Source: Candidatus Eiseniibacteriota bacterium (GTDB taxonomy: Bacteria; Eisenbacteria; RBG-16-71-46; JABDJR01). From it: a stretch of DNA of 64,000 bases. Each line of letters opens with the position of its first letter. The first letter of the stretch is position 1. The notes beneath the pieces are model-generated. The model ran no database searches. It was not told the origin of the DNA and was given only the letters and a program-made list of their open reading frames with translations. The stretch lies in the NCBI GenBank assembly GCA_963783375.1, contig CAWANH010000028.1:366491-430490 (forward strand), in the 5' to 3' direction. Position numbers and translations under genes: made by a program. Positions 1 to 12,639 of the stretch are shown here, one piece after another.

Positions 1-182
1 AACGCCAGCACTTCGCCGATGGGCTGGGGAGCCTGCATCGCCACCGGGGACTGGCGTTAGCGGCCTGCTCCACGAGACATCGGGGCCGTGAACGACCACC
101 ATACAAAGGCGCGGCGAGGTGGAGAACGCGAGGACGATGTGCGGCCGCCGCGCCCCCCTCTACCGGAACGCCGGACCCCCCT

Positions 183-3100
183 CTAGCCCGTCTGCCGCGA
201 GACGGCGCACGGGCTGAATGCCGAGAGAGCTGGGCTGATGAGGGGCGGTGAGCGTGTAACCGCGACCCGGGTGAACGGGCTCTCGCCGTCCACCACCAGG
301 CGCACCAGGTAGATGCCGCTGGCGAGGGCGCGGCAGGTATGGTCCTTGCCGTCCCAGGCGATCTCCTGGCGTCCGGCATCGCGGTTGTCGCCGGTGAGAG
401 TGCGAACCCTGCGTCCGCGGACGTCGAAGACGTCCAGGGTCACCGGGCCCCGGTTCTTGTGATCGAAGGCGATCACCGTCCGGGAGGTGAACGGGTTGGG
501 GTAGGCGGCCATCGGGGGCGCGGTGACCCCCGGGGTCACGGGCACGCCGGTGACCTCGGTGAAGATGAGGTTGTAGTCGGCCGACAGGGCGAGGGAAGGC
601 TCCTGGGCCTTCCACACCGCGATGCAGTAGAGGCCCGCGGTGGGGATCTCGATGGCGACCTGCTCGTCCTCCCCGGCCACCTCGATCCAGGCCGCTCCGT
701 CGGGGAGGGCATGGATGCGGCTCATCACCCCCGTGTTGGGCGGGTGGATGGAGAGCCCGAGGTCCGCCGCGGACAGGTTCTCCAGGTGGATGATGTAGTA
801 CCCGGCGTCCAGATCGACCTCGTGCAGGTTGAGCATCTCGTTGGCCGCCAGGTTGAAGGTTCCATAGGAGCCCGACGGGTTGCTCGCCAGGTAGGTGGAG
901 GACACCACCTCGGCGGTGAAGTCCTGGGTTCGGTACCCGCCGCTCACCCCCACGTCAAAGGGCCCGGGATTCCAGTAGGTGAAATCGATCAGATTGAAGT
1001 CGATCTCCCCCGTGCCGAAATCGGACGTGGTGAGGGCCTCGCCGAACGAGAGATCCACGTCGTCGAGGATCCCGTGGAGCCGAAGCGTGACGTCGGTGGA
1101 ATCGCCCGGCATGACGGCCACGCCGCCCCAGTAGCCGTCCGCCCCGCCGGGATCGAACGCGGGGGTCCGGTAGCCGTCGGCGTTGGACCAGATCACGGTG
1201 GGGTCGCTCAGTCAGATGCTCCCAGCTCCCCAGCGGATCCCCGGGTACGGGAAGCGCGGTGGTCGGCCCCATGGCCAGGGTCTGGGGAGTCCAGGCCCAC
1301 TGCCGGGCGGTATCGTTGTTGGTCTCGGAGATCTCCACGACGTCGTCGGGCCAGTCGATCCGCATGGCGGCGGTGTGCCGGCCGCCCCGCACGTAGAACG
1401 GACCGATGTCGTTGCCGTAGATCGAGCCGTAGGCGGGAAGGTCTCCCCCGAGGAGAGCGGGTAGACGTTCACCCCGTCCAGGTCGAGATCGATGGCGAAC
1501 GACCCGGTGGCCGTCGTGGGGCTGGCGTTGTAGATGATCGCGTTGTAGTAGCTGGACGACGTCCATCCGGGAAGGCTGGTGGGATCGGGAACGCTGGACG
1601 GCGTCCCGTCGGCCGCCGGCCGGACCACCAGCGGTCCGTCCCATCCGGCCAGGGCGCCGGGCACCAGGTCGGGCGGGGTGCGGTCGATGAGGATCTTGTA
1701 GCCGTGGGGATCGGCCGGGCCGTCCTTGGGATCGCGGTAGACGATCAGGCAGGAATAGGTCTCGTGGCTCTCGTTGACGTCGAGGCGGGCGATTCCCTCG
1801 CGGTTGCTCACCGCGGTGGCGGTGTAGTCGTCCATGCCTCCGGTGGTGAAGGGGACATCGAGCCAGGAGATGTGGAAGGTGGCATCGGAGGAGGTCGTGT
1901 CCTGGACCACGAAGCTGACCGCCCCCGTGTCCGCCCCGGCGATGAACACCTCGTGCAGGCTCATCCACTCGTTGGCGCCCAGGGTGAAGGTCGAGGGCAC
2001 CCCGTAGGTCTCCAGCGTGCTCGTGACGTGGCGAACCTCGTAGCCGGCCTGGGCCGGGGTATCGGTGGCCTGGACGATGCCCACGTCCCAGGTGGCGTCT
2101 CCGGTCAGGTTCCGGTTGGCGATCACCGCGTCCAGGCAGTCGGCGGGGCGAGTGGAGGACGCCGCGGTCACCGCGAATCCGTTCCCCGGACCGGTGGAGG
2201 ACGTATGGAGCCGGGCGTCGTAGTCCGCGTCATGGGAGTTGGCGACCAGGGTCACCGCGTTCCACCACTGGGCCCCGCTCGCCGTGGCCTGCATGCGGAC
2301 CCCGTCGCAGTTGAACCAGGAGGTGGCGATGGATCCGTCGAAGCCCCCCATGCGGGCGGGCGGGGCCGCCCGGTAGGTGGACCCGAGGACGGGCAGCACG
2401 TAGGGCGACCAGATCCACTGGGTGGCCCAGTAGTTGTCGTTCTCGTTGGATTCCGCCACCAGGCCGGTGAAATCGTTGAAGGCGCCGAAGGTGTGGCGGC
2501 CCCCGCGCACGGTGATCGGCCCCAGGTTCAGGGCTTCGTAGGTCGCCCCCACCCCGAGGGAGGGGATGGACGCCGCGTGGTCGACCGGGTTCAGGGGGTT
2601 GTAGAAGCCGATACCGTCGGCCTGGACCCAGAGCCCGGTGGAGGGAGCGATGGCTCCCCCCGTGTTTCCTACCGAGGCGTTCCACCAGGTGGCCGCCGCG
2701 TCCCCGGTGAGGCTCGCGGGGAACGGGACGTTGCCGCTCGCGGCATCCGCCGCGGCGCGGGGGACGACGCGGTACGCCCAGCCCGTCTGCAGCACGTGGG
2801 TCAGGTTGGCCGGCCCCGGGGGGGCGATGATGATCGGCCCCAGGGTGTCGTAGCTGCCGTCCCAGTTGCCCGCCGCGTCGCCGGACCGGATGGTGATGTA
2901 GTAGGTCCCCGCGGGAAGGATCGGGGTGGTGTAGGAGCCCGCGTCCCATACCTCGGGAGTGTTGTCCGGAAGCGCGGCGGAGGCGCCCCAGCGGATGGAG
3001 AACTGCGAGGCGGTCTCGCAGTCGTCCGCGGGTCGGGTCCAGGTCAGATCCACCGTGTTGTCGGTGGAAGCCACGCCCACCGTGTGGCTGGGAGAAGCAA

Positions 3101-4244
3101 GGTCGGTCACCGTGGACGGCGGCGTGCTGTCGATGATGTACCCGTTGTTGAGGGCGGTGTGGGAAAGTTCCGAGCAGAGTTCCGGATACGTGGCCCGGAA
3201 CACGTCGAAAAACTCGCCCGGGGTGGACATGGTGTTGCCGGCGAAGAGCCCCAGGATGGGATCCGGCCCCATGCTCAGGTCGTCCCAACCGGGGCCGCCG
3301 AAGATCGTGCCGTGCTCGTTGGTGGCGTCGGAGATGTCCCGGAGTACCGCCGCGAACATCCCGGGGGTGTTCCAGGCCGAAAACGAGTATCCGGGACAGG
3401 CCTGAAGGTTCTCGATGTCCTCTTCGTAGAGGGGAGTGTAGCCGTATCGCGAGGGGAACTCCCCGACGATCTGGTCGGCTGCCCAGGCCGCGAAGCCGAT
3501 GTACCAGGCGATGACATCGCTCTCGGGACACCACAGGCAGTAGCCGCCCCGCGCACTGTATTCCCCCACTTGGGTAGACGCCTCGTCGCAGACCCCGTTG
3601 TTCCCATCCACGGACCACGTTGTTGCATAGGCATTGATCCATTCCTCGGCCAGGATCCGGGCGATGACGCGCTCGTTCCAGGTGTCCGCCAAGGCGAGGT
3701 ACTTGCCCCAGACGGGAGAGTACGCGGAGTACCCCGCGCTCCGAGCCCAGCCCCAGTCGCCGTAGTAGGTGGGCAGGGGGTAGCCGTGCTCTTCGAACCA
3801 TCGCCGGGTCCGGCTCGCGACGGTCAAGATATGGAGGTACTGGCTGGCATTGAAGTCGGTGGGATGAAACGTTCCGTAGTCAATCGTGCCTCCGGCAAAG
3901 TTGGGGGTGATCCCGGTCTGGATACCAAGGGGCGAGGGGCCTACCTTGAGCCGGATGTCGGGATCCGGGTCGCAGAAGAAATCCGGGGAGTACACGACGG
4001 TGAAGTCGAAGTAGCCGTTCTCGTCGGTGACATCGCCTCCCTGGTACGAGAAGGGGCAGAGATCGACGCCGTAGGCCTCCTCCCAGATACCGACAGAGAT
4101 ACCGTCGGCACCCACCAGTTCCCCCCGGGGGTTTTCGTAGACCACCCGCCCCACGGCGTGGATGGTGGTGTCGGCCGCGGCCGGCCGGGCGCCGAGCAGA
4201 CCGACGGCCACGAGAAGGAGGACCGATCCGAGTGCGCGTTTCAT
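183..4244 (-). CDS. Large secreted protein (~1350 aa) with N-terminal signal peptide, internal sequence repeats and a C-terminal T9SS type-A sorting domain (Por_Secre_tail / FlgD-Ig-like). Reading frame is broken twice (about 1445 and about 1207).
   Basis: ORF 1212..4244 starts MKRALGSVLLLVAVGLLGARPAAA (signal peptide). The C-terminal piece (ORF 183..1196) ends YPNPFTSRTVIAFD...VFDVRGRRVRTLT...WDGKD...SGIYLVRLVV, typical of T9SS CTDs. Between about 1207 and 1445 the real protein continues in the frame of ORF 955..1968 (GPFYVRGGRHTAAM...ETNNDTARQWAW, homologous to an upstream repeat GPITVRGGRHTFGA...ESNENDNYWATQWIW). The breaks are at a GGGGG run (1443-1447) and at a tcagtcag duplication (about 1205-1212). 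No catalytic motif recognised. Confidence 0.6.
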
Positions 4245-4253
4245 GACGACCTC

Positions 4254-4733
4254 CTAGCGCTGCCGCTCGGGGCGGGGACGGTTCCCGGGGGCCAGGACCT
4301 TGGGGCCGGCCTCCACCCGCGCCAGCGTCTCCTCGAGCTGGGCCACGGCCTCGCGGTTGTTCTCCTGACGGGCCCAGCGGAGCTGGATCTCGAGCAGCCC
4401 CGCCTCGGTCCCGGACTTGAGGTCGTGGATCTCGCGCATGAGGCGCATGGCCTCGGCGTTGTCGGTGGCGGCGCGGTACCGGGCGGTCAGTTCCTTTACC
4501 TGCTGGTCCCGTCCCTCGAGGAAATCCCGGATCTCCAGGAGCCGCGGGGACAACTCCTCCCGCGGAACGGCCATCAACCCCGGATGAACCGGGGCCGGCT
4601 CGTCGACGGCCTGGGGAACCAGGCCGGGCGCGGCCGGGTTCTGGGCGGCCGTGGCCCCGAGAGCAAGAGCGCCAAGGAGCAACGGGATCAGAACGAAGCG
4701 GGACGGGTGCGTGCGGATGGGGTTCGGGGCCAT
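4254..4733 (-). CDS. Small secreted coiled-coil protein (hypothetical periplasmic protein), 10 nt upstream of the large T9SS-domain gene and probably co-transcribed with it.
   Basis: ATG at 4733..4731 gives MAPNPIRTHPSRFVLIPLLLGALALGATAAQ (signal peptide), followed by a charged helical region (ELTARYRAATDNAEAMRLMREIHDLK...). No family recognised. Confidence 0.45.
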   Translation of the reverse strand: MAPNPIRTHPSRFVLIPLLLGALALGATAAQNPAAPGLVPQAVDEPAPVHPGLMAVPREELSPRLLEIRDFLEGRDQQVKELTARYRAATDNAEAMRLMREIHDLKSGTEAGLLEIQLRWARQENNREAVAQLEETLARVEAGPKVLAPGNRPRPERQR

Positions 4734-5040
4734 GACACCTCCTCGTGGATTGGGCCTTCGAGGGGTAGGGTCGATTCGGAGGTGGGAATGTGACGTCCCC
4801 AGGCCCCGTCGCAGCACCGGGCCGAGCCGCGACATCCCGGAAGCGATCCAAGTTATTCATTATCAACCAGCTCGCCGGACGCTGACTTCGCACCCAGTTG
4901 CCTGATCGCCGGCGGAGGCGTATCACGGACAGCCGGCGGCCGGACCGAATCCCCGAAGTCCACCTCGGCCATGCCGCCGAACGGTATGAAGTGTGAGGTC
5001 CGCCCGTATGCGACGGGTATTCCGCGACGGGCGGAATCGG

Positions 5041-6254
5041 TCAGTGGGCGGTTCGGGATCGGGGGCCCTTGGGGGTCTCGGGACCGGGGCTCTCCGCGTC
5101 CTCGGCGCCGTCCGCCACGGTCTCCCAGAACCGGAGGCTCTCCTGGAGGAAACGCACGCCGGCGGTCGTGGAACCCACCGCGGCGGAACCGGCCTTCCCG
5201 GCCAGGCCGAAGATCTTCTCGAACAGCCCGGTGCCGAAACCCGCCACCCCGCGGGCCGCCCGCGACGTTCCCCGGGCCGCGCCGCCCAGCACGAGCTTCC
5301 GGGTCATGGTGGCCACGCGGTTGGCTCCCTGGCCGACCACCCCGCTCAGGAGCGTCGCCGCCTCGAGGGACGCGCTCCGCGCCACCGCCCGGCGGTCGCC
5401 TTCCAGGCGCACCCCGCAGTACCGGCGCGCCAGCGCGCCGATCCGAAGGGTGAGGAACGCGTTGGCCGAGCCGTCGAGAAGGCTGGTCACCAGGAGGGAC
5501 ACCAGCGGGTCGGCTCCGGCCACCGGGATGAAGCCGGTGATGCCGGCGGTGACCGGCGCCCCCAGAACCGCCAGCACCTCGCTGTCCTGGATCTCTCCGG
5601 CCACGAACGCCGAGGCCCCGACGTTGGCATAGAGCGCCCAGAGTTCCCGGGGACGCGGGCGCTGGTAGTAGACCTCGGCCACCTCCTTCACCATGCGAAG
5701 CTGGGCGGAGATGACGATGACCGAGTCGAGCCGTCCGCTCTGGGAGACCGCGGTGGCGGTGAAGACGGCGGCGGCGTGGCGGGCGACCACGTCCCGGGCC
5801 CGGCGGTCCAGGTGAGCCAGGGTCTTTTCGACCTCGGTCTCGAGAGGGCTCTTCGCCCGCGGTCCGTTCGGCTCGACCGGGGCCGGCACGCGGGCGGAAT
5901 CCTTGTCCTCGAGCGCGGCCTCGAGACCGGCGAAACCGGGATAGCCGAGGCGGACCAGGGAATTCCCGGCCAGGCGGCGGGCGTAGCGCCGGACGAACTT
6001 CTCCCAGTCCGCGCCGTCGGGGTGCTGCGGGCGGACCAGGGCCCCGGGAAGCCGGAGGAGTCCTGGGCCACGGGGTAGATCACGAGCAGGGTGAGACCCG
6101 CCCCCAGGAGCACCAGCACCGCCGCCCCCAGGAGGGGATGGACGCCCGCGGCCTCGCGGTACACCACCAGCCCCGAGCCCACCATCCCCACCACGGCCAG
6201 GATGGCCAGGCCGGTGAGGGCGGGAAGGACGATGTTCCTGAGGGTGCGGATCAT
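5041..6254 (-). CDS. YcjF / DUF697-family membrane protein (UPF0283-like), with an apparent 1-nt frame break near 6050.
   Basis: N-terminal part (frame of ORF 5688..6272) MIRTLRNIVLPALTGLAILAVVGMVGSGLVVYREAAGVHPLLGAAVLVLLGAGLTLLVIYPVAQDS has two TM helices. It then shifts into the frame of ORF 5041..5889, where VISAQLRMVKEVAEVYYQRPRPRELWALYANVGASAFVAGEIQD matches the conserved E. coli YcjF core ([48 protein letters not shown]). The upstream in-frame translation is also protein-like. Confidence 0.5.
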
Positions 6255-6400
6255 GGGGGAAGCATAGCGCACCGGAGGGTGGGCGCCGCCGGCCGGGGGG
6301 CGGGCGCTTGGGCGGGCCGGCGCAACCGGCGACGGCCGGCGCCCGGAGGCGGAGACTCTTGAGCCGTTGTCCCGCCCCGCGCGCGGCCGATCCTCCCGGC

Positions 6401-7015
6401 TCAGCCCTCGAACGCCTCCGGCGGCACCGTCCGGTAGGCGAAGGGGCCCCGGCCCCGGTCGTAGGCCACCGCGATCACCAGCCTGGCCAGCGCCTCGATC
6501 TCCTCCGCCCGGGCCAGCCCTCCCGCGTCCACCGGCTCGAACCCGGCGTCGGTGATGAGTTTCGCGGCGGTTCGTTTGGCCCCCTCGTCGTCACCGCAGA
6601 AGAAGAGGCTGGCCCGGCCGGGAGCCCTGGCCGCCGGTTCGAAGAGCTGGGAGAAGATGGTGTTGAACGCCTTCACCACGTGGGCCCCTCCGGCCTTGGC
6701 GGCGATCGTCTCCGCCCCCGAGCGCGGGAGATCCACGCCGAGATGGTTGGTGGCGTCGATCAGCACCTTCCCGGTGAGGTCCCCCATCTGCTTCAGGGCC
6801 TCGTCCACCGTGCTCCAGGGCGGGGAGAAGAGCACGGCGTCCGCGTCCCGGCAGGCCGCGGCCGGCTCCGCCGAACGCGCCCCGATCTCCTTCGCCTTCG
6901 CCTCGAGCCGGTCCGGATGCCGGCTGAAGCAGAGCGTCACCTCGTGACCCTTCCCCACCCATACCCTGGCCAGGCTCCCCCCGACCCGGCCCGATCCGAC
7001 GACGGCGATCTTCAT
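6401..7015 (-). CDS. NADP-dependent oxidoreductase of the F420-dependent NADP reductase (NpdG-like) / pyrroline-5-carboxylate-reductase-like Rossmann family.
   Basis: MKIAVVGSGRVGGSLARVWVGKGHEVTLCFSRHP... is an N-terminal GxGxxG dinucleotide fold, 204 aa. ATG at 7015 overlaps the stop of the upstream gene (ATGA). Confidence 0.7.
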   Translation of the reverse strand: MKIAVVGSGRVGGSLARVWVGKGHEVTLCFSRHPDRLEAKAKEIGARSAEPAAACRDADAVLFSPPWSTVDEALKQMGDLTGKVLIDATNHLGVDLPRSGAETIAAKAGGAHVVKAFNTIFSQLFEPAARAPGRASLFFCGDDEGAKRTAAKLITDAGFEPVDAGGLARAEEIEALARLVIAVAYDRGRGPFAYRTVPPEAFEG

Positions 7016-8395
7016 GACGATTCCTTTCGATGCGATTGCCACTCCCACCAGGCCTGGACGGGAAGGAGGGCGAGAACCGGCACCACTTCCAGGCCCTTCA
7101 TGAGCATACTTTCCCGCCAGGGTCCGCCGGCCCGGAAAAGCGGGAGCGGGGCGTAGGCCAGGAACACGGTGATCGTCCAGAGCCACCAGGCGGGCTGGCG
7201 GCAGAGCACCGCGGCGGGAAGGAGCCAGAGCACGTACCAGGGGTGGGCGACCGGCGAGACCAGGAGGAGCGCCCCCACCGTCCAGGCGTAGACCGACGGC
7301 AGGGGGCGGCGGAGCGCGATCGTGGTCAGCCAGACAACCCCGACGATGATCGCCCCCCAGAGCTTGGCCTGGCGGAGCGAGGGCTCGAGGGCGCCCGACT
7401 CGCGGAAGAGAAACGTGAACAGGAAGTCGTTGGCCCGCCACTTGGCCGCGAACACTCCGAGGCTCCCCAGCGCATCCACCCCGTGAAGCTGAAACGGCAG
7501 GTAGAGCGCGGCCACGATAACCGGCAGGAAGGCCCATCGCCACCTGAGCCGCGGGAGCAACGCGGGCAGCGCCACCCAGGGCAGGAACTTCACCAGCCCG
7601 GCCAGGGTGAGCGCGACCCCGCTCGCCGTCCAGCGCCGGGCCGCCCACGCGGCCAGGGCCGCGGCCACCAGGCAGAGACCCACCGAATCGGCGTGCCCGC
7701 TCCCCGCGAACTCCACCACCACCAGCGGATGCCAGAGGTAGAGCGCGGCCCATGTCCGGGGCCGGCCGGTCGCGGCCAGCGCGCGCACCAGGAACCAACC
7801 GGTCCCCAGGTCGAAGAGCGTCGCCGCCACCTTCCAGGCGGTCACGGAATGGGAGATCGCGGTCACCGCGGCGAAGAGGAGCTGGAGGAGCGGCGGGTAG
7901 ATGGTGGGGATGTTCGAGTACGGGAGGCGCGCCCACAGGGCGTCGCGAAGCGCGGCCAGCTCGGGCGCGTTGGGCGCGTAGCGGTAGGGGTTGATCCCGT
8001 GAAGCAGGACGTGCCCGTCCCAGAGGTAGCGGTAGAGATCGTCGCTCAGGGTCGGGGGGGTGGTGAGGACCAGCAGCCGGAACACGACCGCCCCCGCCCA
8101 GATGAGCGCCATCAGGCGCCGTTCCGAGGCCTCGGCGGGCGGGCCGGAGGGCGCGGGCGAAGCGGACGCGAGCGGGACGGGTTCGGGGGGAACGCCGCGG
8201 CCGGGTCGAAGGGAGGCGTGCGGGCCGAACGCGGGGCGCGCCACCCCCCAGGCCGCGGCCAGATAGGCCACCATGAGGAGCGCGTACACCGAAGCGAAGC
8301 GAGTGAACTCGAGGCCCCAGTCGGGTATGGTGAGGGCCGTTCCGTAGAGGAGAACCATGGCCAGACCCGAGGGCAGAAGCCACCACATCCGGAGA

Positions 8396-8400
<5 letters not shown>
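7012..8400 (-). CDS. Polytopic integral membrane protein, DUF2029 / GT87-like (GT-C fold) glycosyl- or mannosyltransferase family.
   Basis: From the ATG at 8400: MVLRMWWLLPSGLAMVLLYGTALT..., at least 10 predicted TM segments, motifs LWHPLVVVEFAGSGHADSVGLCL and HPWYVLWLLP. The N-terminal ~110 codons of ORF 7012..8730 are antisense to pyruvate kinase and were rejected. Confidence 0.5.
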
Positions 8401-9939
<1,539 letters not shown>

Positions 9940-10109
9940 GCGGGGCCGGTGGACCGGGGGCGGGCGGGTCAGGGGGAGCGGGCTCGGACTCCGGCGGACC
10001 CTTCCGCCCGGGAGCCGGCGGGCCGGAACCCACCGGCACGGCGCGGGATCCGTCCGGGTCGACCGGCCCGGCGACGGAAGGCGCGCGGCCGGCCGGCCCG
10101 GCGTTCGGC

Positions 10110-10835
10110 ATGTTCGCCAAGCCGCCCCGGCCCGGCGAGGTCAAGACGCGGCTCGTGCCGCCGTTGTCGCCGGAGGGGGCGGCCAGGCTCTACGCGGCGA
10201 TGCTGGCCGACACCGCCGTGGCGCTGGCCGGGGCGGGGGTGGCGTGGGGGGTCGTCTCCACCGACGTCGCAGCCCAGCGGGCGGCGTGGCCCGCGAATGC
10301 GCCCGAGCCGCAGTTCTGGTTGACGCAAACCGGCGCGGATCTCGGGGAGCGTATGTCCAACGCGATGGCGGAACTGATCGGCCGGGGGTATCCCGGTGCG
10401 GTGCTGGTGGGAAGCGACCATCCCGCGGTCGACGCCGAAACCTACCGGCAGGCCGCGGCGCTTCTCGGGTCACCGGCGAGAGGCGGCGTCGCCGCGGAGA
10501 AGGGCGCGGCGGCGGTCTTCGGCCTCGGCCCCGGCGAGGAACTGAACGTCGTGCTCGGACCGACCCACGACGGCGGGTACTACCTGATCGGGCTGACCCG
10601 GCCCAACCCCTCTCTCTTCGGCGGGATCGAGTGGAGCACGCCCAAGGTGCTGGAAGACACGCTGGAGCGTCTGATCGTGATGCGGCTCCAGGCGGCGATG
10701 CTCGGGGCCTGTTGGGACGTGGACCGCCCGGAAGACCTGGAGCGCCTGCGTTCATGGCTGGAGGCCAACGCGGACCGGCCCGAGCCGCCGTGCCATTTCA
10801 CCCGGGAGGTGATGGGGTCGCTGCGTCGGGTTTGA
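10110..10835 (+). CDS. DUF2064 / TIGR04282-family protein (nucleotidyltransferase-like, CofC-like fold).
   Basis: [35 protein letters not shown]... matches the conserved N-terminus of DUF2064 proteins (FAKAPxPGxVKTRL). ATG at 10110 is in frame with ORF 8829..10835, after the pyruvate kinase stop at 9939. Confidence 0.65.
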   Translation: MFAKPPRPGEVKTRLVPPLSPEGAARLYAAMLADTAVALAGAGVAWGVVSTDVAAQRAAWPANAPEPQFWLTQTGADLGERMSNAMAELIGRGYPGAVLVGSDHPAVDAETYRQAAALLGSPARGGVAAEKGAAAVFGLGPGEELNVVLGPTHDGGYYLIGLTRPNPSLFGGIEWSTPKVLEDTLERLIVMRLQAAMLGACWDVDRPEDLERLRSWLEANADRPEPPCHFTREVMGSLRRV

Positions 10836-10899
10836 GTTCCATCCCGCAGCCCGAGTGCCGGCGGCGCGCCCGGGGGAACACGGCCGGCGCGAGAGCCTG

Positions 10900-11966
10900 A
10901 CCCCGACGCGCACGGGCCTGACCTCGGCGCGCGGGTCTTTATTGCGAACATGGCTTCCCCGGGGAAGCACGCCGGAGCTTTATTGCGAACCTGGTGTACC
11001 CGGGTGCAAGTCGGAGGGTCAAGAGGCGAATACCCGGGTACCCACCGCCGGCGCGCGGGCCTTTATTGCGAACATTGCTTCCCCGGGGAAGCACGCCGGA
11101 GCTTTATCGCGAACCTGGTGTACCCGGGTGCAACCCAGCGGTTCGCCATGGACCCGGGACCCCGGCGCGCACCAGGCCTTATTGCGAACATTGCTTCCCC
11201 GGGGAAGCACGCCGGAGCTTTATTGCGAACCTGGTGTACCCGGGTGCAACCCAGGGGGTGGAGAGGCGAATACCCGGGTACCCGCCGCCGGCGCGCGGGT
11301 CTTTATTGCGAACATTGCTTCCCCGGGGAAGCACGCCGGAGCTTTATTGCGAACCTGGTGTACCCGGGTGCAACCCAGCGGTTCGCCATGGACCCGGGAC
11401 CCCGGCGCGCACCAGGCCTTATTGCGAACATTGCTTCCCCGGGGAAGCACGCCGGAGCTTTATCGCGAACCTGGTGTACCCGGGTGCAACCCAGGGGGTG
11501 GAGAGGCGAATACCCGGGTACCCGCCGCCGGCGTGCAGGCCTTTATTGCGAACATTGCTTCCCCGGGGAAGCACGCCGGAGCTTTATTGCGAACCTGGTG
11601 TACCCGGGTGCAACCCAGCGGTTCGCCATGGACCCGGGACCCTAGCGCGTGCGGGGGGTCGCCCCGGAATTCACCCGGGTGTGCGCGCGGTTGGGTGCGC
11701 GGGGCCGAGCCCGAAGTCTGCCCGGAGCTGCCAACGCCACCGCGAGCCTTTTTGTTGCGAACCCTTCATTGCGAACATTGCTTCCCCGGGGAAGCACGGC
11801 CGGAGCTTTATCGCGAACCTGGTGTACCCGGGTGCAACCCAGGGGGTGGAGAGGCGAATACCCGGGTACCCACCGCCGGCACGCGGGTCTTTATTGCGAA
11901 CATTGCTTCCCCGGGGAAGCACGCCGGAGCTTTATCGCGAACCTGGTGTACCCGGGTGCAACCCGG
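10900..11966. repeat. Higher-order tandem repeat: a conserved ~76-bp core (tttattgcgaacattgcttccccggggaagcacgccggagctttattgcgaacctggtgtacccgggtgcaac) present 8 times with ~120-bp period, separated by two alternating 'spacer' types (A: ccagcggttcgccatggacccgggaccccggcgcgcaccaggcc; B: ccagggggtggagaggcgaatacccgggtacccgccgccggcgcgcgggt), i.e. a ~240-bp A/B super-unit repeated about 3.5 times.
   Basis: Read directly from the sequence. Each core contains the perfect 16-bp palindrome gcttccccggggaagc and a second palindrome around acccgggt / tacccgggta, plus the direct repeat ttattgcgaac twice. It lies in the 1.8-kb gap between the DUF2064 gene and pcnB. Confidence 0.85.
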
Positions 11967-12119
11967 CGGATCGCCATGGGCCCGGGACCCCGGCCCGCGC
12001 GGGGGGTCGCCCCGGAATTCACCCGGGTGTTCGCGCGATTGTGGGTGCGGGACCGGCCCCGAACTTCACCCGGGACCCCGGCATGGCACCGCGAAGGAAC
12101 CCACGCAATGCGGCAACCG

Positions 12120-12310
12120 GACGAGCTCTGGCCGGCCTTCACCCCCGCCGCCGACTTCACCCGGACTCCAGGCCATCGGGCCGGCCTTCACCCCCGCCGC
12201 CGACTTCACCCGGACTCCAGGCCAGCGGGCCGGCCTTCACCCCCGCCGCCGACTTCACCCGGACTCCACCACGGGCCGGCGGAACCCCCACCTCGACTTC
12301 ACCCGGACCC
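12120..12310. repeat. Tandem ~50-bp repeat (ggccggccttcacccccgccgccgacttcacccggactccaggcca[t/g]cgggcc) about 3.5 copies, followed by a C-rich tract up to about 12500.
   Basis: Direct reading of 12121-12310. The six-frame ORFs spanning the two repeat arrays (10855..12525, 10994..12586 and others) are repeat-driven and not credible genes. Confidence 0.8.
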
Positions 12311-12639
12311 CGGGCCGGCGGCCCGATTCCTGGCGCCACCACGGCCCCGGGAAACGCCGCCGCCGCCCCTCGACGCCCGCCCCCCCCGGCTACCCCGTTC
12401 TCCCACGCCCAACACCCGGCCCCTCAGTCCCCACCCCCGACCCCCCGGGCCCCTGGTCGCGCCCCCCCCCACGCCCCCGCCTGCCCCCGCCGGTCTCAAA
12501 AGAGCCTCAATCTCTTGCGCCATAATATTTTATCCGCACTCACCCCGGCGGACCGTGTTGCCCCCAACCCCTCCGAGCCGGTATGATCTTCTGTCTTCGC
12601 GTCGGCCGCCACCCTCGGCCCTCGGAACCCAATATCATC

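Noticed and set aside
339-4793. 1484-aa plus-strand ORF
   Set aside because: It is antisense to the well-supported secreted-protein genes and translates to low-complexity G/R/V/P-rich sequence, typical of spurious ORFs in 70% GC DNA.
8357-8395. Pyruvate kinase start at 8357 (MARPEGRSHHIRRT...)
   Set aside because: The ATG at 8396 (MPETHRRAKIV...) sits 4–5 residues before the conserved KIVCT N-terminus of pyruvate kinases, whereas the 8357 start adds an Arg-rich extension that overlaps the upstream minus-strand gene. 8396 is preferred, with low certainty.
10900-11966. CRISPR array hypothesis for the repeat region
   Set aside because: The inter-repeat 'spacers' are only two alternating sequences rather than unique spacers; repeats are 76 bp (too long); no cas genes are in the window.
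10855-12586. Long plus-strand ORFs (556 aa, 530 aa, 231 aa) and short minus-strand ORFs across the tandem-repeat array
   Set aside because: Their 'proteins' are just the repeat unit translated over and over (LLRTLLPRGSTPELYCEPGVPGCNP...). The open frames are a by-product of a stop-free 120-bp (40-codon) repeat.
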